In this document: in pieces, positions 15,800 through 24,916 of the stretch
Layout: each line of letters starts with the position of its first letter
How positions within the stretch are numbered: position 1 is the stretch's first letter
Source of the DNA: a virus
Taxonomy: Duplodnaviria > Caudoviricetes
Virus record (IMG/VR): IMGVR_UViG_3300036987_000129
Span: 1-47,427 of that record
DNA length: 47,427 nucleotides
Direction: 5' to 3' (one strand)
Position numbers and translations under genes: made by a program
Notes under the pieces: model-generated
What the model was told of the DNA's origin: nothing
Seen by the model: the letters and a program-made list of their open reading frames with translations, nothing else
The model's database searches: none

Positions 15800-18796
15800 A
15801 TGGCACTTATAGCAGAAACTTCTCAAACTAATGGCAATTGGAGTGAAGCTGCTCGTTGGTTATATGGTGCAGTTCCCCTTAATGATGTAACTAATCAATA
15901 CACAGTCACAATAGCTACAAACGTCTGTTATGATGATGGTGTGACTATACCAACCGTGTTGGGCAATGGTGTAGCCAGCGATGCTATAATTGTTAATACT
16001 ACCAAATATTTGAAGGTGATGCGGACGTACCAGGCGGACCCAGCTAATGACTTAGCTCCCCAGGTTGACCATGTCCTCAGACTGGAAGGGAACTTGTCTA
16101 TCACCGGCACCTTTAGTATCTGTACTACCGCAGTTAAATTACCAATTGACAGAAAATTCACCCTACAAATTGATTGTTCAACCGGCACGCCTTCAGATGG
16201 GAAATACGGTCTCAAGGTAAACAATGGAGGCACTTTTGTCTCACAACCCGTCAACCCTTGGGGCACTTCCCTCGCCAACCCGGATAGGTGTTTTCTGGCG
16301 GCTGACAATGGTGGTTATTGTAACACGACTAATGTAGCCAACAGCGTGGTTACCAGAGTACAAGGAGAACTGTTTGCCGGGGAGTATGTTGCCGATGCCT
16401 GGGTTTACATCAATGGTTTGCGTCACCAGATTCTTAGCGTTGACTCGACCAGTCAGATAACTCTCAAGAGTAATCCGGGAGCTTTGACCTCAGTTAGTTA
16501 CAACCTAGAGCGAACCACCAAGACCCTGACCACGGATGTGTCTACTGCCTGGAAGGACAACGACAGGATAGCCCTGGCTTCAACGTCCAGGACATATACT
16601 GATTGCGAATCTTATCAGTTGAATGGTGCGGCAGCGGGGACTACCCTGACTATAGACGCTGGAGTTTCTGGCCTTTGTGACACTAACGGTACGGCGGTTA
16701 CTCGGAATGGTACCACTGGGTGTTCATTCTTGCAAATGGCTCCCACAGGAATCATCACTATCAATGCGGTTCCTTACACTATTGCTTCTATTACTAGCGC
16801 CACGGCTTTGACTCTCACAGCTACGGCGGGGGTGCAGAATGCAGTTGCTTGGTCCAAGGATGCTCCGAGCTTCGCCCACATTGGCGTAGCGATGAACGGC
16901 GGCATCGCCAGTTATGACCACACCGGGGGCACCTCTGAACGGTTGTTGACTCGGGCTTCTGGTCTGCCGTTTATATCCGCCGGGAACCTTGTGCCCATAT
17001 CTCCCCTTGCGGACGGCACTGCCCTGCAACTGTATCTGGACGGTGTTTATTACACTGTTGACGAGGTTAAAAGCAGTACCACTCTCACCCTCACAGCTGG
17101 ATCTAACCCTGGCGGCGACCTAACCAGCAAACAGTTCGGTATCGGCAATCCCTGTAAAGCTGAGGTCATCAACCTGACCAGGAACGTGCTGATTACGGGA
17201 TACGGGACCACCTATGTTGGCTACGTCGTATTCGCCACCACTGCCACCGTGGATGTTGACTGGACAGAGTTTGCTTACATGGGCGAGGCGGCAACGGATA
17301 AATATGGGGTGGTTATTAACACCACCACTGGGTCGTGTAATCTGAATCGCTGCTCTTTCCACGACTTTGAAGATGGTGGAATTTACGTAGCTGGCTCGGC
17401 ACATAATAATTGGTCAGTTAACAATAGCGTACTATGGAATGTTGCCGCCGTAACTGCCAACCATGCCATCAGTGTGAGCGTAGCCACCACCGGCACCAAC
17501 TGGACCATAGACAACAACATTGTGATGTACGCCGCAGTGGCATCCTGCTACGGCATCAACCTTTATGACATCGGCGGCACAGTCACCAACAACACGGTGG
17601 TGGGGGCGAGAGCGATCGGGATTACTTATAATGAAGGGACAGGAGCAGCTGGTGGAGGGCTATATACAAACAATACTATCCATAGTTGCGGCGGTGTTGG
17701 ATTTACTGTAGCATTATCGGACTTTGTTGGAATATATGCAGTTGGATTGAAATCATATAGAAACACGGGAGTAGGGATAGCACTGGGGATGTTTAATAAC
17801 TTTATTCATAATGTAGCAGGTTTTGGCAATAGTACATATAATCTATCATTAACAAGGGGGTATGGAGTATTTAAATCATGGTTATTAAGTAGTGATTCGG
17901 TATTCAGTACTACCCAAGATATTGCAACCTCTAGTGCTTATCAGGCAACTTTTATTGATCTCACATCAGGATTAGCAGCTATAAATTATTTTGCAGTCCC
18001 GACATATAGTATAATAGCATCGTCGGGAATGGCATCACAGATTAGTTTAATTAATAGTGTATTGAATGGTACTACTCCAGTTTATGTTACTGGAACTAAT
18101 ACAGCCCAATGGGTCAGGTCATCTAAACACAACGGCATCTCCGGCGTCGGCACCGTAGCCGCCCCCGGCCAGAAGTCCTGGTACCCCAACGGCACCATCA
18201 TCCCTGACGCAACTTACTACCGTACCGCCAGTCCGAGCCAGAGGTTGACCCCGGCTTCGCCTGCGGTGGCGACTTGGGCTGCGGCGACCAGCAAATCGGC
18301 AGGGAACAAAGTGCAACCAGCCACACCGAATGGCTATTACTATATAGCGCAACAAGCGGGTAAGACGGCGGCAGCGGAACCAACATGGCCGACTACCATC
18401 GGCTCTATGGTATGGGACATTCCTGCCGCCCCGGACGCTCCCGTTCAATGGCGTTGCATCTCTCCCAAGCTCCAATCAGATAAGAAGCAGTTCGCCATTG
18501 ACTCTGCTGGGGATGCCACGGTGTCGGTTTACCTACGCAAGAGTGCAGCCTATGATGGCAATCAACCCCGCTTGATTGCGTTGGCTAACCCGGAGATCGG
18601 GATACTGACTGACACGGTCCTGGCTACCTTTGCAGGGGCGGTTGATGTGGATGTTGGGCCAGGCACGTTCACCCAACTATCCGGTTCACTCTCCGGGGCG
18701 AGCATCACCATATCGGCTGACGGCGTGGTGGAAGTATGTGTTGACTGTGACGGCACTGCTGGCTGGATTAACGTAGACGACTGGAGCGTTGCGTAG
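15800..18796 (+). CDS. Large tail fibre/spike with beta-helix and CBM5/12-like module
   Basis: Three Y/H.I..(V/I).S.T.LTL repeats; parallel beta-helix repeats; TWAAAT...GYYY...EPTWPTTIG module. Confidence 0.72.
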   Translation: MALIAETSQTNGNWSEAARWLYGAVPLNDVTNQYTVTIATNVCYDDGVTIPTVLGNGVASDAIIVNTTKYLKVMRTYQADPANDLAPQVDHVLRLEGNLSITGTFSICTTAVKLPIDRKFTLQIDCSTGTPSDGKYGLKVNNGGTFVSQPVNPWGTSLANPDRCFLAADNGGYCNTTNVANSVVTRVQGELFAGEYVADAWVYINGLRHQILSVDSTSQITLKSNPGALTSVSYNLERTTKTLTTDVSTAWKDNDRIALASTSRTYTDCESYQLNGAAAGTTLTIDAGVSGLCDTNGTAVTRNGTTGCSFLQMAPTGIITINAVPYTIASITSATALTLTATAGVQNAVAWSKDAPSFAHIGVAMNGGIASYDHTGGTSERLLTRASGLPFISAGNLVPISPLADGTALQLYLDGVYYTVDEVKSSTTLTLTAGSNPGGDLTSKQFGIGNPCKAEVINLTRNVLITGYGTTYVGYVVFATTATVDVDWTEFAYMGEAATDKYGVVINTTTGSCNLNRCSFHDFEDGGIYVAGSAHNNWSVNNSVLWNVAAVTANHAISVSVATTGTNWTIDNNIVMYAAVASCYGINLYDIGGTVTNNTVVGARAIGITYNEGTGAAGGGLYTNNTIHSCGGVGFTVALSDFVGIYAVGLKSYRNTGVGIALGMFNNFIHNVAGFGNSTYNLSLTRGYGVFKSWLLSSDSVFSTTQDIATSSAYQATFIDLTSGLAAINYFAVPTYSIIASSGMASQISLINSVLNGTTPVYVTGTNTAQWVRSSKHNGISGVGTVAAPGQKSWYPNGTIIPDATYYRTASPSQRLTPASPAVATWAAATSKSAGNKVQPATPNGYYYIAQQAGKTAAAEPTWPTTIGSMVWDIPAAPDAPVQWRCISPKLQSDKKQFAIDSAGDATVSVYLRKSAAYDGNQPRLIALANPEIGILTDTVLATFAGAVDVDVGPGTFTQLSGSLSGASITISADGVVEVCVDCDGTAGWINVDDWSVA

Positions 18797-18973
18797 ATGG
18801 CCGGGACGGAAAAGTATTGGAACAGAGGGCAAGCGTTCTCTGGCCTGCTCCTTGAGGATAACCGGGGAGTAAAATACTGGAACCGGGGCCAGGACTCAGG
18901 GTGGCTATTCCCAGCTTCTGCCCCGTCGGTCCCTCGTGGCTTTGAGTTTGATAGAGCTATCCTAGGAGGTTAA
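18797..18973 (+). CDS. Small protein with duplicated KYWNRGQ motif, 58 aa
   Basis: Hand translation; abuts the fibre stop codon; the two motif copies use different codons. Confidence 0.7.
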   Translation: MAGTEKYWNRGQAFSGLLLEDNRGVKYWNRGQDSGWLFPASAPSVPRGFEFDRAILGG

Positions 18974-18975
18974 TA

Positions 18976-19272
18976 ATGGCCTGGAAGAAATTAAGCTCGG
19001 GGAAACAAACCGGAAGTGGTATTATATACACCGGTGCTTGTTTCTACTTTGGATTTACTTGTGATAATGGAAAGGCCTCTTTTCAGGTAACTATTTATGA
19101 TGCACTTACTGCTACTGGAGTTGCTGTAGAGGATTATACAACGGATGCTAATAAAGAGATGGAGGGGCATTCTCACGCCCATCCAGTTGTTTGTAGGAAT
19201 GGGCTCTATCTGTCTTTAGGTGGGGGTTCCGCCATAGTTTACTACACTCCTCTTAGGGAAGGAGTACAGTAA
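18976..19272 (+). CDS. Small beta-rich virion protein
   Basis: VTIYDALTATG...CRNGLYLSL; GGAGG RBS. Confidence 0.6.
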   Translation: MAWKKLSSGKQTGSGIIYTGACFYFGFTCDNGKASFQVTIYDALTATGVAVEDYTTDANKEMEGHSHAHPVVCRNGLYLSLGGGSAIVYYTPLREGVQ

Positions 19273-19287
19273 TAAGGAGGAAGGAAG

Positions 19288-19596
19288 ATGCAAGTTACTA
19301 TAGGTACTGCTAGTCCTTATGCTAAAGAGATAGTAACTGTTGCTAATACCGTTACGTCTCTTACTTCATCTACCTATACGGCAAATGGTGCTAAGGAGGC
19401 AAGGGCATTAATTACTAACGAGGCAGGAGAGGTGCGGTTCTGGCTAGATGGCTCAACTCCTACTGCCAATGAGGGGCATATTCTAGGTGTAGGGGATTTG
19501 ACCGCATTAGAGAATCTGGACCAGATAAGGGGGTTTAGGGCTATCCGTACTGGGGCCAACTCTGGCATTTTAAGTGTTTCCTATTTAAAGAGGTAG
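19288..19596 (+). CDS. Small beta-rich virion protein
   Basis: VRFWLDGSTPTANEGHIL...FRAIR motif seen in phage structural modules. Confidence 0.6.
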   Translation: MQVTIGTASPYAKEIVTVANTVTSLTSSTYTANGAKEARALITNEAGEVRFWLDGSTPTANEGHILGVGDLTALENLDQIRGFRAIRTGANSGILSVSYLKR

Positions 19597-19605
19597 GAGA
19601 GAGCT

Positions 19606-21672
19606 ATGAGATACTTATGGTTATTGATAACTATTCTTTTATGTAATAGCCTGGCTTTTGGGCAGCCTGCTATTTCTCGTAGAAGTGCTCCAGCAGGCAC
19701 TCCTATTAATCCAACACCTGCTGAGGTTGGGTATTTATCTGGGGTTACATCCTCACTTCAGACCCAGATAGGCGCATTAGGTGCTGGAGGTGTGCCTTGG
19801 TATGACGTAGTAGTGACCGGGACTAACAAATTGGATGATATTCTGAATGCGGTCCCTGTAGCGGGAACATCTATCTTGGTGGGATCGTCGGCTGACCTAA
19901 CTGCCCGCTCCCTGACTGTAAGCCGCACCTTGCCAGCCGGAGTGAACCTTGTCGTTCTCACTGGTTATCCTATAGTTGTTCCTAATGGAACAACCTTTAC
20001 CATCAATGGGCATTTAGATGCTGGTCCATATACGGTATTTTCATGCGCTGGGACGGGGATAGTTAAGTTTGCCAGCACGTCTAATCAAACTTCAATATTT
20101 CCCGCCTGGTGGGGAGCTACTGGTGATGGCACAACCGATGATACTGACGCATGGCAGAGATGTTTTAACACGGTTGTGGCTAGCGCAAGCAGCACTTTTG
20201 GGTACTTCACGGTTGAAGCCACCAGTAAAGCCAAGTATTCAGTTGAGGAAATAACGGTAAGCTCGGCATCCGATCCTTTCTTCATTCACATCAAAGGGAA
20301 TAACTCAACTTTTGTCCAGGCCACCACAAATAATGTCCTGTCCATCCCGGCTATCAATTCTATGGTCAGGATTTCGGATTTCTACTTTTCCGGTGCGGCG
20401 GGAGATGCTGGATATGGAATAGCCTTCGGTGCTGCCAACACCTCAGCAAACATCAAGATATATAACTGCCGGTTTAATAATTTCGCCTCCAGCGTTTATG
20501 GACTGTATAGTATCGGAGTAACCATTGAAGATTGCGAGTTCTTTAACGGTGGAACCGGCATCAAGGAATTTACTACCAATAGCTCGCACGTTTCTAATTG
20601 CTGGTATATTAATCGGTGTCTGTTTAATGCAAATACTGGGGCGGCTATTGATATTGATTCTTCGGTCTCTGGCGGCAATGCAGGGAATTACTCTATAACA
20701 AACTGCATTTTTGAGGTGCCTGGGGCTGAAGCCATTAAGATGAACGGTATTTATCGATTCCTGATAGACAACTGTTACATTGAAGGTGGGGCGAATGTAA
20801 ATGCTGACAATCCCATTATGCGGCTCACCACCTGCACCAACGGGGAGATAAAAAGAACCGGATTTGGCTGGAGCACATCGAACCTTACCGCTACCGATGC
20901 TGTCTACATGACAGACTGTTACAATATCCTGTTCGATCAATGCACTCACCATTGGGCGGGAGCCGGCGGCACTTACAAGGGATTTTATAAAACTACCAAT
21001 ACAGGCAACACTATAGCCACAAGCTGCCATAGCATTGAGATAAAGAGGCTGGCTTCAAAAGATGGGGCCTATGCAATCCTAACTTCTGGAAGTTCTCCAG
21101 TCGCCAAGGTTGTGGATAGCGCGGTCTACCCTTTTACAATCCAGCCGGCAGAGTTTATTGGATATAGCCCCGGCAGGGGAGAATTAGAAGAAACGTGCTC
21201 TTCTAATTCTATGATGGGCCTGTTCAATGTGGCTAGCATTACCGCCACCAATGCCACTCTTACTAAGGATGAGACGGTTACCTATAACGGTCATCCCACC
21301 TATCGTATTGAATGGACTGGGGCGTCACCTTCGATTACTTTTGATGACTTCTTTAATGCTTCTGCGGTTGGGACTCAATGGCCAGTGCTGCAGTTCTTCT
21401 ACCGGTCAGACACGGCCCAGGTGGTCAATGTCGCCTGTGGGTCTACATCGGACCCAAACGTGGCTAAATCTGTACCCATTGCCGGGGATAGCGCCTGGCG
21501 CTCGTTTTCCTACTCTCGGTGGGCTCCGGTTGATGCGTGGGGGCTGCGGAAGTTGGGCATTATAAGCAGCACAGCCTCATCGGGGAAAATCTGGATTGCC
21601 ATACCCTCGTTTCGGCAATTCGGCTCCTATAACGGGGCAGTGTCTGGGATGAGTATGCGCAGTTATTATTAA
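19606..21672 (+). CDS. Tailspike-like pectate-lyase-fold protein with N-terminal signal peptide
   Basis: WWGATGDGTTDDTDAWQ motif, beta-helix repeats, YLSGVTSSLQTQI fibre motif, hydrophobic N-terminus. Confidence 0.75.
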   Translation: MRYLWLLITILLCNSLAFGQPAISRRSAPAGTPINPTPAEVGYLSGVTSSLQTQIGALGAGGVPWYDVVVTGTNKLDDILNAVPVAGTSILVGSSADLTARSLTVSRTLPAGVNLVVLTGYPIVVPNGTTFTINGHLDAGPYTVFSCAGTGIVKFASTSNQTSIFPAWWGATGDGTTDDTDAWQRCFNTVVASASSTFGYFTVEATSKAKYSVEEITVSSASDPFFIHIKGNNSTFVQATTNNVLSIPAINSMVRISDFYFSGAAGDAGYGIAFGAANTSANIKIYNCRFNNFASSVYGLYSIGVTIEDCEFFNGGTGIKEFTTNSSHVSNCWYINRCLFNANTGAAIDIDSSVSGGNAGNYSITNCIFEVPGAEAIKMNGIYRFLIDNCYIEGGANVNADNPIMRLTTCTNGEIKRTGFGWSTSNLTATDAVYMTDCYNILFDQCTHHWAGAGGTYKGFYKTTNTGNTIATSCHSIEIKRLASKDGAYAILTSGSSPVAKVVDSAVYPFTIQPAEFIGYSPGRGELEETCSSNSMMGLFNVASITATNATLTKDETVTYNGHPTYRIEWTGASPSITFDDFFNASAVGTQWPVLQFFYRSDTAQVVNVACGSTSDPNVAKSVPIAGDSAWRSFSYSRWAPVDAWGLRKLGIISSTASSGKIWIAIPSFRQFGSYNGAVSGMSMRSYY

Positions 21673-21686
21673 GGGGAGGTGATAAG

Positions 21687-22040
21687 ATGGATGAATATGT
21701 TTTGCTTAAAATGATAGCGGCTTTGGGTATAGGGCTGGCGGTAGGTGGAGGTGTAATGGTACTTGGCCTAGCGAAATGGGGCAAGAAGTTTATTAGGGAA
21801 GAGACAGCCATGGAGTCCTGCCCCTTTTCATCTGACCATCCAAAACTCCAAGAGTTCATGGGGGAATCATTAAGAGACAGGAAAAACTTGCGCAACTTTT
21901 TAGAGGACATTAATGGAAAGGTGAATGGAGTCTCATTAAATATCGGAGAAATGAAAGGTAAACTTGATCTGCTTTTACAGGGGGCAAGGGTTCGGTGGAA
22001 CGCTGGCCTTATCCCACCTGATGTGGAGAAGAAGCTGTGA
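21687..22040 (+). CDS. Membrane-anchored coiled-coil protein of the lysis cassette
   Basis: One N-terminal TM segment; coupled to the endolysin. Confidence 0.55.
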   Translation: MDEYVLLKMIAALGIGLAVGGGVMVLGLAKWGKKFIREETAMESCPFSSDHPKLQEFMGESLRDRKNLRNFLEDINGKVNGVSLNIGEMKGKLDLLLQGARVRWNAGLIPPDVEKKL

Positions 22041-22477
22041 ATAAAATCCCTTGGTTCAAGATTGCCGAACATGAACTTGGCGTGGCTGAGGTTCCGGGCG
22101 CAGGGGACAATCCTCGGATTGTAGAGTATCTGGAATCGACCTCTTTGGGATCGCCGGAGAATGAGAACGACGAGACCCCCTGGTGCTCTGCCTTCGTCAA
22201 CTGGTGCATGGAGCAGGCCGGGATTGAGGGGACCCGGAGTGCCTGGGCAAGGTCCTGGCTGAATTGGGGACGGGAGCCGGAATCGGACGTGGAAGCCGAA
22301 TGGAAGGGGTGTGTGGTCATTCTAGAACGTGGAGCCAACTTTGGCCATGTTGGATTCCTGGATGACTGGGATGATTACCGGGTTAAACTTTTGGGGGGGA
22401 ATCAGGCTGATAGGGTTAGTTACGCCTGGTTCCCAGTTGAACGGGTGCTCGGGTATCGGGTGCCGGAGGAGGTGTAA
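22037..22477 (+). CDS. Endolysin, TIGR02594 family (CHAP/NlpC-like)
   Basis: DETPWCSAFVNWC, ARSWLNWG, GHVGF, LGGNQ. Confidence 0.9.
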   Translation: MNKIPWFKIAEHELGVAEVPGAGDNPRIVEYLESTSLGSPENENDETPWCSAFVNWCMEQAGIEGTRSAWARSWLNWGREPESDVEAEWKGCVVILERGANFGHVGFLDDWDDYRVKLLGGNQADRVSYAWFPVERVLGYRVPEEV

Positions 22478-22478
22478 T

Positions 22479-22658
22479 GTGTTTAAAAACTGGATGACCA
22501 CTTTTGCAGGCATGGCCACGGCTTTAGGTGCAGCCCTTAGTCAACAGGAAGACGCTACGTTAAAAGCTATCGGCCAGATATTGGTTATCATAGGCCCCCT
22601 GCTTTTGGGTATTATGGCCAAGGATAACAATGTTACTGGCGGCACCAGGGAGCAGTAA
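22479..22658 (+). CDS. Holin
   Basis: GTG start after GGAGG; KNWMTT motif, two TM segments, AKD tail. Confidence 0.75.
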   Translation: MFKNWMTTFAGMATALGAALSQQEDATLKAIGQILVIIGPLLLGIMAKDNNVTGGTREQ

Positions 22659-22867
22659 TGAAAACCGTTCTTTACCCCGGCGCTCCCTTCCGTTTCCCTA
22701 TTGGAGGGCAGGCTGTGGACCTCACCTTTGCGGTCTCACCTCAGGGTAGGGTTCCCATGTTATGCTCTAAGTGTGGCCAGCGTATGGACCCTGAGCATAA
22801 GCCGGTATTCAAGGAAGTCGATTGGTGGTGCTTTAATTGCGAACTATCAAAAAGGAGGGGAGCATGA
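22658..22867 (+). CDS. Zinc-ribbon protein
   Basis: CSKCG...CFNC; coupled ORF. Confidence 0.6.
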   Translation: MKTVLYPGAPFRFPIGGQAVDLTFAVSPQGRVPMLCSKCGQRMDPEHKPVFKEVDWWCFNCELSKRRGA

Positions 22868-23193
22868 AAAAGGTTTTGATTACAGTTCTAACAATGGTGA
22901 TGCTAACAGGTTGTGCCACTTGGGGAAAGGTCTGCGAACAGGGGCCAGCGATTAAGGCTCGGATCAGGTCAGCACTCCAAATTGCCCAAATTGGATACCC
23001 TCTTGTGGCGTCCTTGGCAGGGCAAACGGCTAACCCTGATATTCTGGGTAAAGTAGCTCTTGTGGACGCTGCGCTGGACGTTCTGGGTAAGTTGTCCTAT
23101 GACTTGACCTGTCCCTCAGTAGCTGAACTTAACATGGCGCAGACAGCATTGGAGAAGGCACAAGGAGCTAAGGCAGAGTTGGGGTTGAAATAA
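22864..23193 (+). CDS. Lipoprotein, possible spanin component
   Basis: MKKVLITVLTMVMLTG-C lipobox; GGAGG RBS. Confidence 0.7.
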   Translation: MKKVLITVLTMVMLTGCATWGKVCEQGPAIKARIRSALQIAQIGYPLVASLAGQTANPDILGKVALVDAALDVLGKLSYDLTCPSVAELNMAQTALEKAQGAKAELGLK

Positions 23194-23208
23194 AGGAGGG
23201 ACCTATGA

Positions 23209-23568
23209 ATGCTCTTGACGAATCTGACGAATCTGGGCGAACACGAGTGGCAATCAGGCTGGCGTATCATGGCAGTCCCAAATTTACAGGGGGTGCTCAA
23301 TCTTTCCAGGGACTTGATCACACTGGTTGGTATGACTCCGGACGGCCCCCCGGATGTGCACCACTATCCTACAGGGGACGGCAAGGGGGGTGAGGGAGTG
23401 CAAGTGTATTCGCCTTTAACCGAGTCGTGGTTGATAATCTCGACCTGGCCGGCCCATGGGTTTACTCGGATCAACCTCTCATCTTGTACGTATTTTAACC
23501 ATCAGATAGTAAGTGCCTATCTAAGGCAGATAGGAGATGTACTTACGGACTATCATCAGGAGCTGTAA
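23209..23568 (+). CDS. S-adenosylmethionine decarboxylase (SpeD/SpeH)-like protein
   Basis: G.QVYSPLTESWLIISTWP..GF..INLSSCTYF parallels the ESH.SIHTWPE..D.FTC motif. Confidence 0.72.
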   Translation: MLLTNLTNLGEHEWQSGWRIMAVPNLQGVLNLSRDLITLVGMTPDGPPDVHHYPTGDGKGGEGVQVYSPLTESWLIISTWPAHGFTRINLSSCTYFNHQIVSAYLRQIGDVLTDYHQEL

Positions 23569-23580
23569 TAGGAGAAGAGG

Positions 23581-24219
23581 ATGAGCCAGTTTCAGGACCT
23601 ACAAGGGTTGGTTGAAACTTCTATTGGAGGGAGGAATGATAGCATAGCAGTTACTGTAATCCAGGTAGCAATTAACTATGCTATCATTCTAGCTTCCTTA
23701 ATCTTTAAACCACCTGAGTTAAAGTCTATTACTCCTCTTACCTACGTTGGGGGGTCTAGTTATTTAGATATTAGCTCAGTCAACTGGATAGCTATTCACC
23801 TCCTCAGTAATGATACGGATGGGATTCAGTTAGGCTTTATTCCCTATGATAAGCTGGACGTTATAGTCCCTTCCTCCTTAACAAGTACTAAGTACTGGAG
23901 TATGTTCGGGGATAAGCTCTTCCTAAGGGCCGCACCAACGGCTAATAAGGCTTTGTCTATGAGCTGCTCCCTACTCCCTTCTACCTTAGCACAACCTACG
24001 GATCCTATTCCCTTTAGTGGATATGACTCTACTTTAGTATCTTGGGCAACTATGCTTACCCAGGCAGCCTTTGAAGAGGCGGAGTCAGCTGGTGCTTGGA
24101 TGAAGATTGCTGAAACAATAGGCGCTCCGTTGACTATGGGAGCTAAAGAGAGGGATATAATAGAGGGAGCCCAGGCTTACTTTGATTTAACTATGCTACA
24201 GGCTAAGGGAGGGAAGTAA
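23581..24219 (+). CDS. Putative head-tail adaptor (tail tubular A-like), copy 1
   Basis: Size, position and YWSMFGDKLFLRAAP pattern. Confidence 0.5.
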   Translation: MSQFQDLQGLVETSIGGRNDSIAVTVIQVAINYAIILASLIFKPPELKSITPLTYVGGSSYLDISSVNWIAIHLLSNDTDGIQLGFIPYDKLDVIVPSSLTSTKYWSMFGDKLFLRAAPTANKALSMSCSLLPSTLAQPTDPIPFSGYDSTLVSWATMLTQAAFEEAESAGAWMKIAETIGAPLTMGAKERDIIEGAQAYFDLTMLQAKGGK

Positions 24220-24914
24220 TGACTACCTTTAGAGAGTTAAAGAGGTTAGTCTTCCTAGCTATAAAAAGGTCTGATGGTGAGGCAGATATAGCTGTGGGAG
24301 AGGCTATTAACCAAGCGCAAAGAGCAATAGCCCGAGTTCAGGACTTTGATGAGCTTATAGTGTTAGACACTACCCATGCTGCTACTGTAGTTAGTCAAAA
24401 GTCCTATCATATTACTTCGGACCTAGCTTTAGTTAGGCCTAAGGATATTTACAGTATCCGCTACATGGACGAGTCTAACTCCCGTAAGCTTATTTGGGTA
24501 GATGTTAGGAACTTTGACCAGGCTATTCCCTATCCAGAGCAAACTAGTACGGCTAAGCCCCTTTATTACTTAAGGAGGGGGATGTATATTGACTTACACC
24601 CTATTCCAGATGAAGCTAAGTCTTTGTATATCACCCACTCCCAGTGGCCTGCTGTTTTGGAAGAAGATACTGATGAGACTCCCTATGTAGACATGGATGA
24701 TATAATAGTTGCCTTGGGGTCTGAAATAGCTCTAGCTATCTTAGAGGGTGGGGCAATGACTGGGTGGACACAGAGAGCTATATCCCTATTAGGTGCTGGC
24801 CTTTCTGAGCAGAGGTCCAGGCCAGACGCTCTGATGGTAGCTAGGCCATTCTGTCCTAATATACAGGTTCTGTCTGGAGACTATTGGTTAAACCCCTGGG
24901 TTAAAGGAGATTAA
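24219..24914 (+). CDS. Putative head-tail adaptor (tail tubular A-like), copy 2
   Basis: MTTFREL...AINQAQ...PLYY....IDLHPIPD pattern. Confidence 0.62.
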   Translation: MTTFRELKRLVFLAIKRSDGEADIAVGEAINQAQRAIARVQDFDELIVLDTTHAATVVSQKSYHITSDLALVRPKDIYSIRYMDESNSRKLIWVDVRNFDQAIPYPEQTSTAKPLYYLRRGMYIDLHPIPDEAKSLYITHSQWPAVLEEDTDETPYVDMDDIIVALGSEIALAILEGGAMTGWTQRAISLLGAGLSEQRSRPDALMVARPFCPNIQVLSGDYWLNPWVKGD

Positions 24915-24916
24915 AG

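Noticed and set aside
15800-21672. Diversity-generating retroelement targeting the fibres
   Set aside because: No reverse transcriptase and no template/variable repeat pair seen
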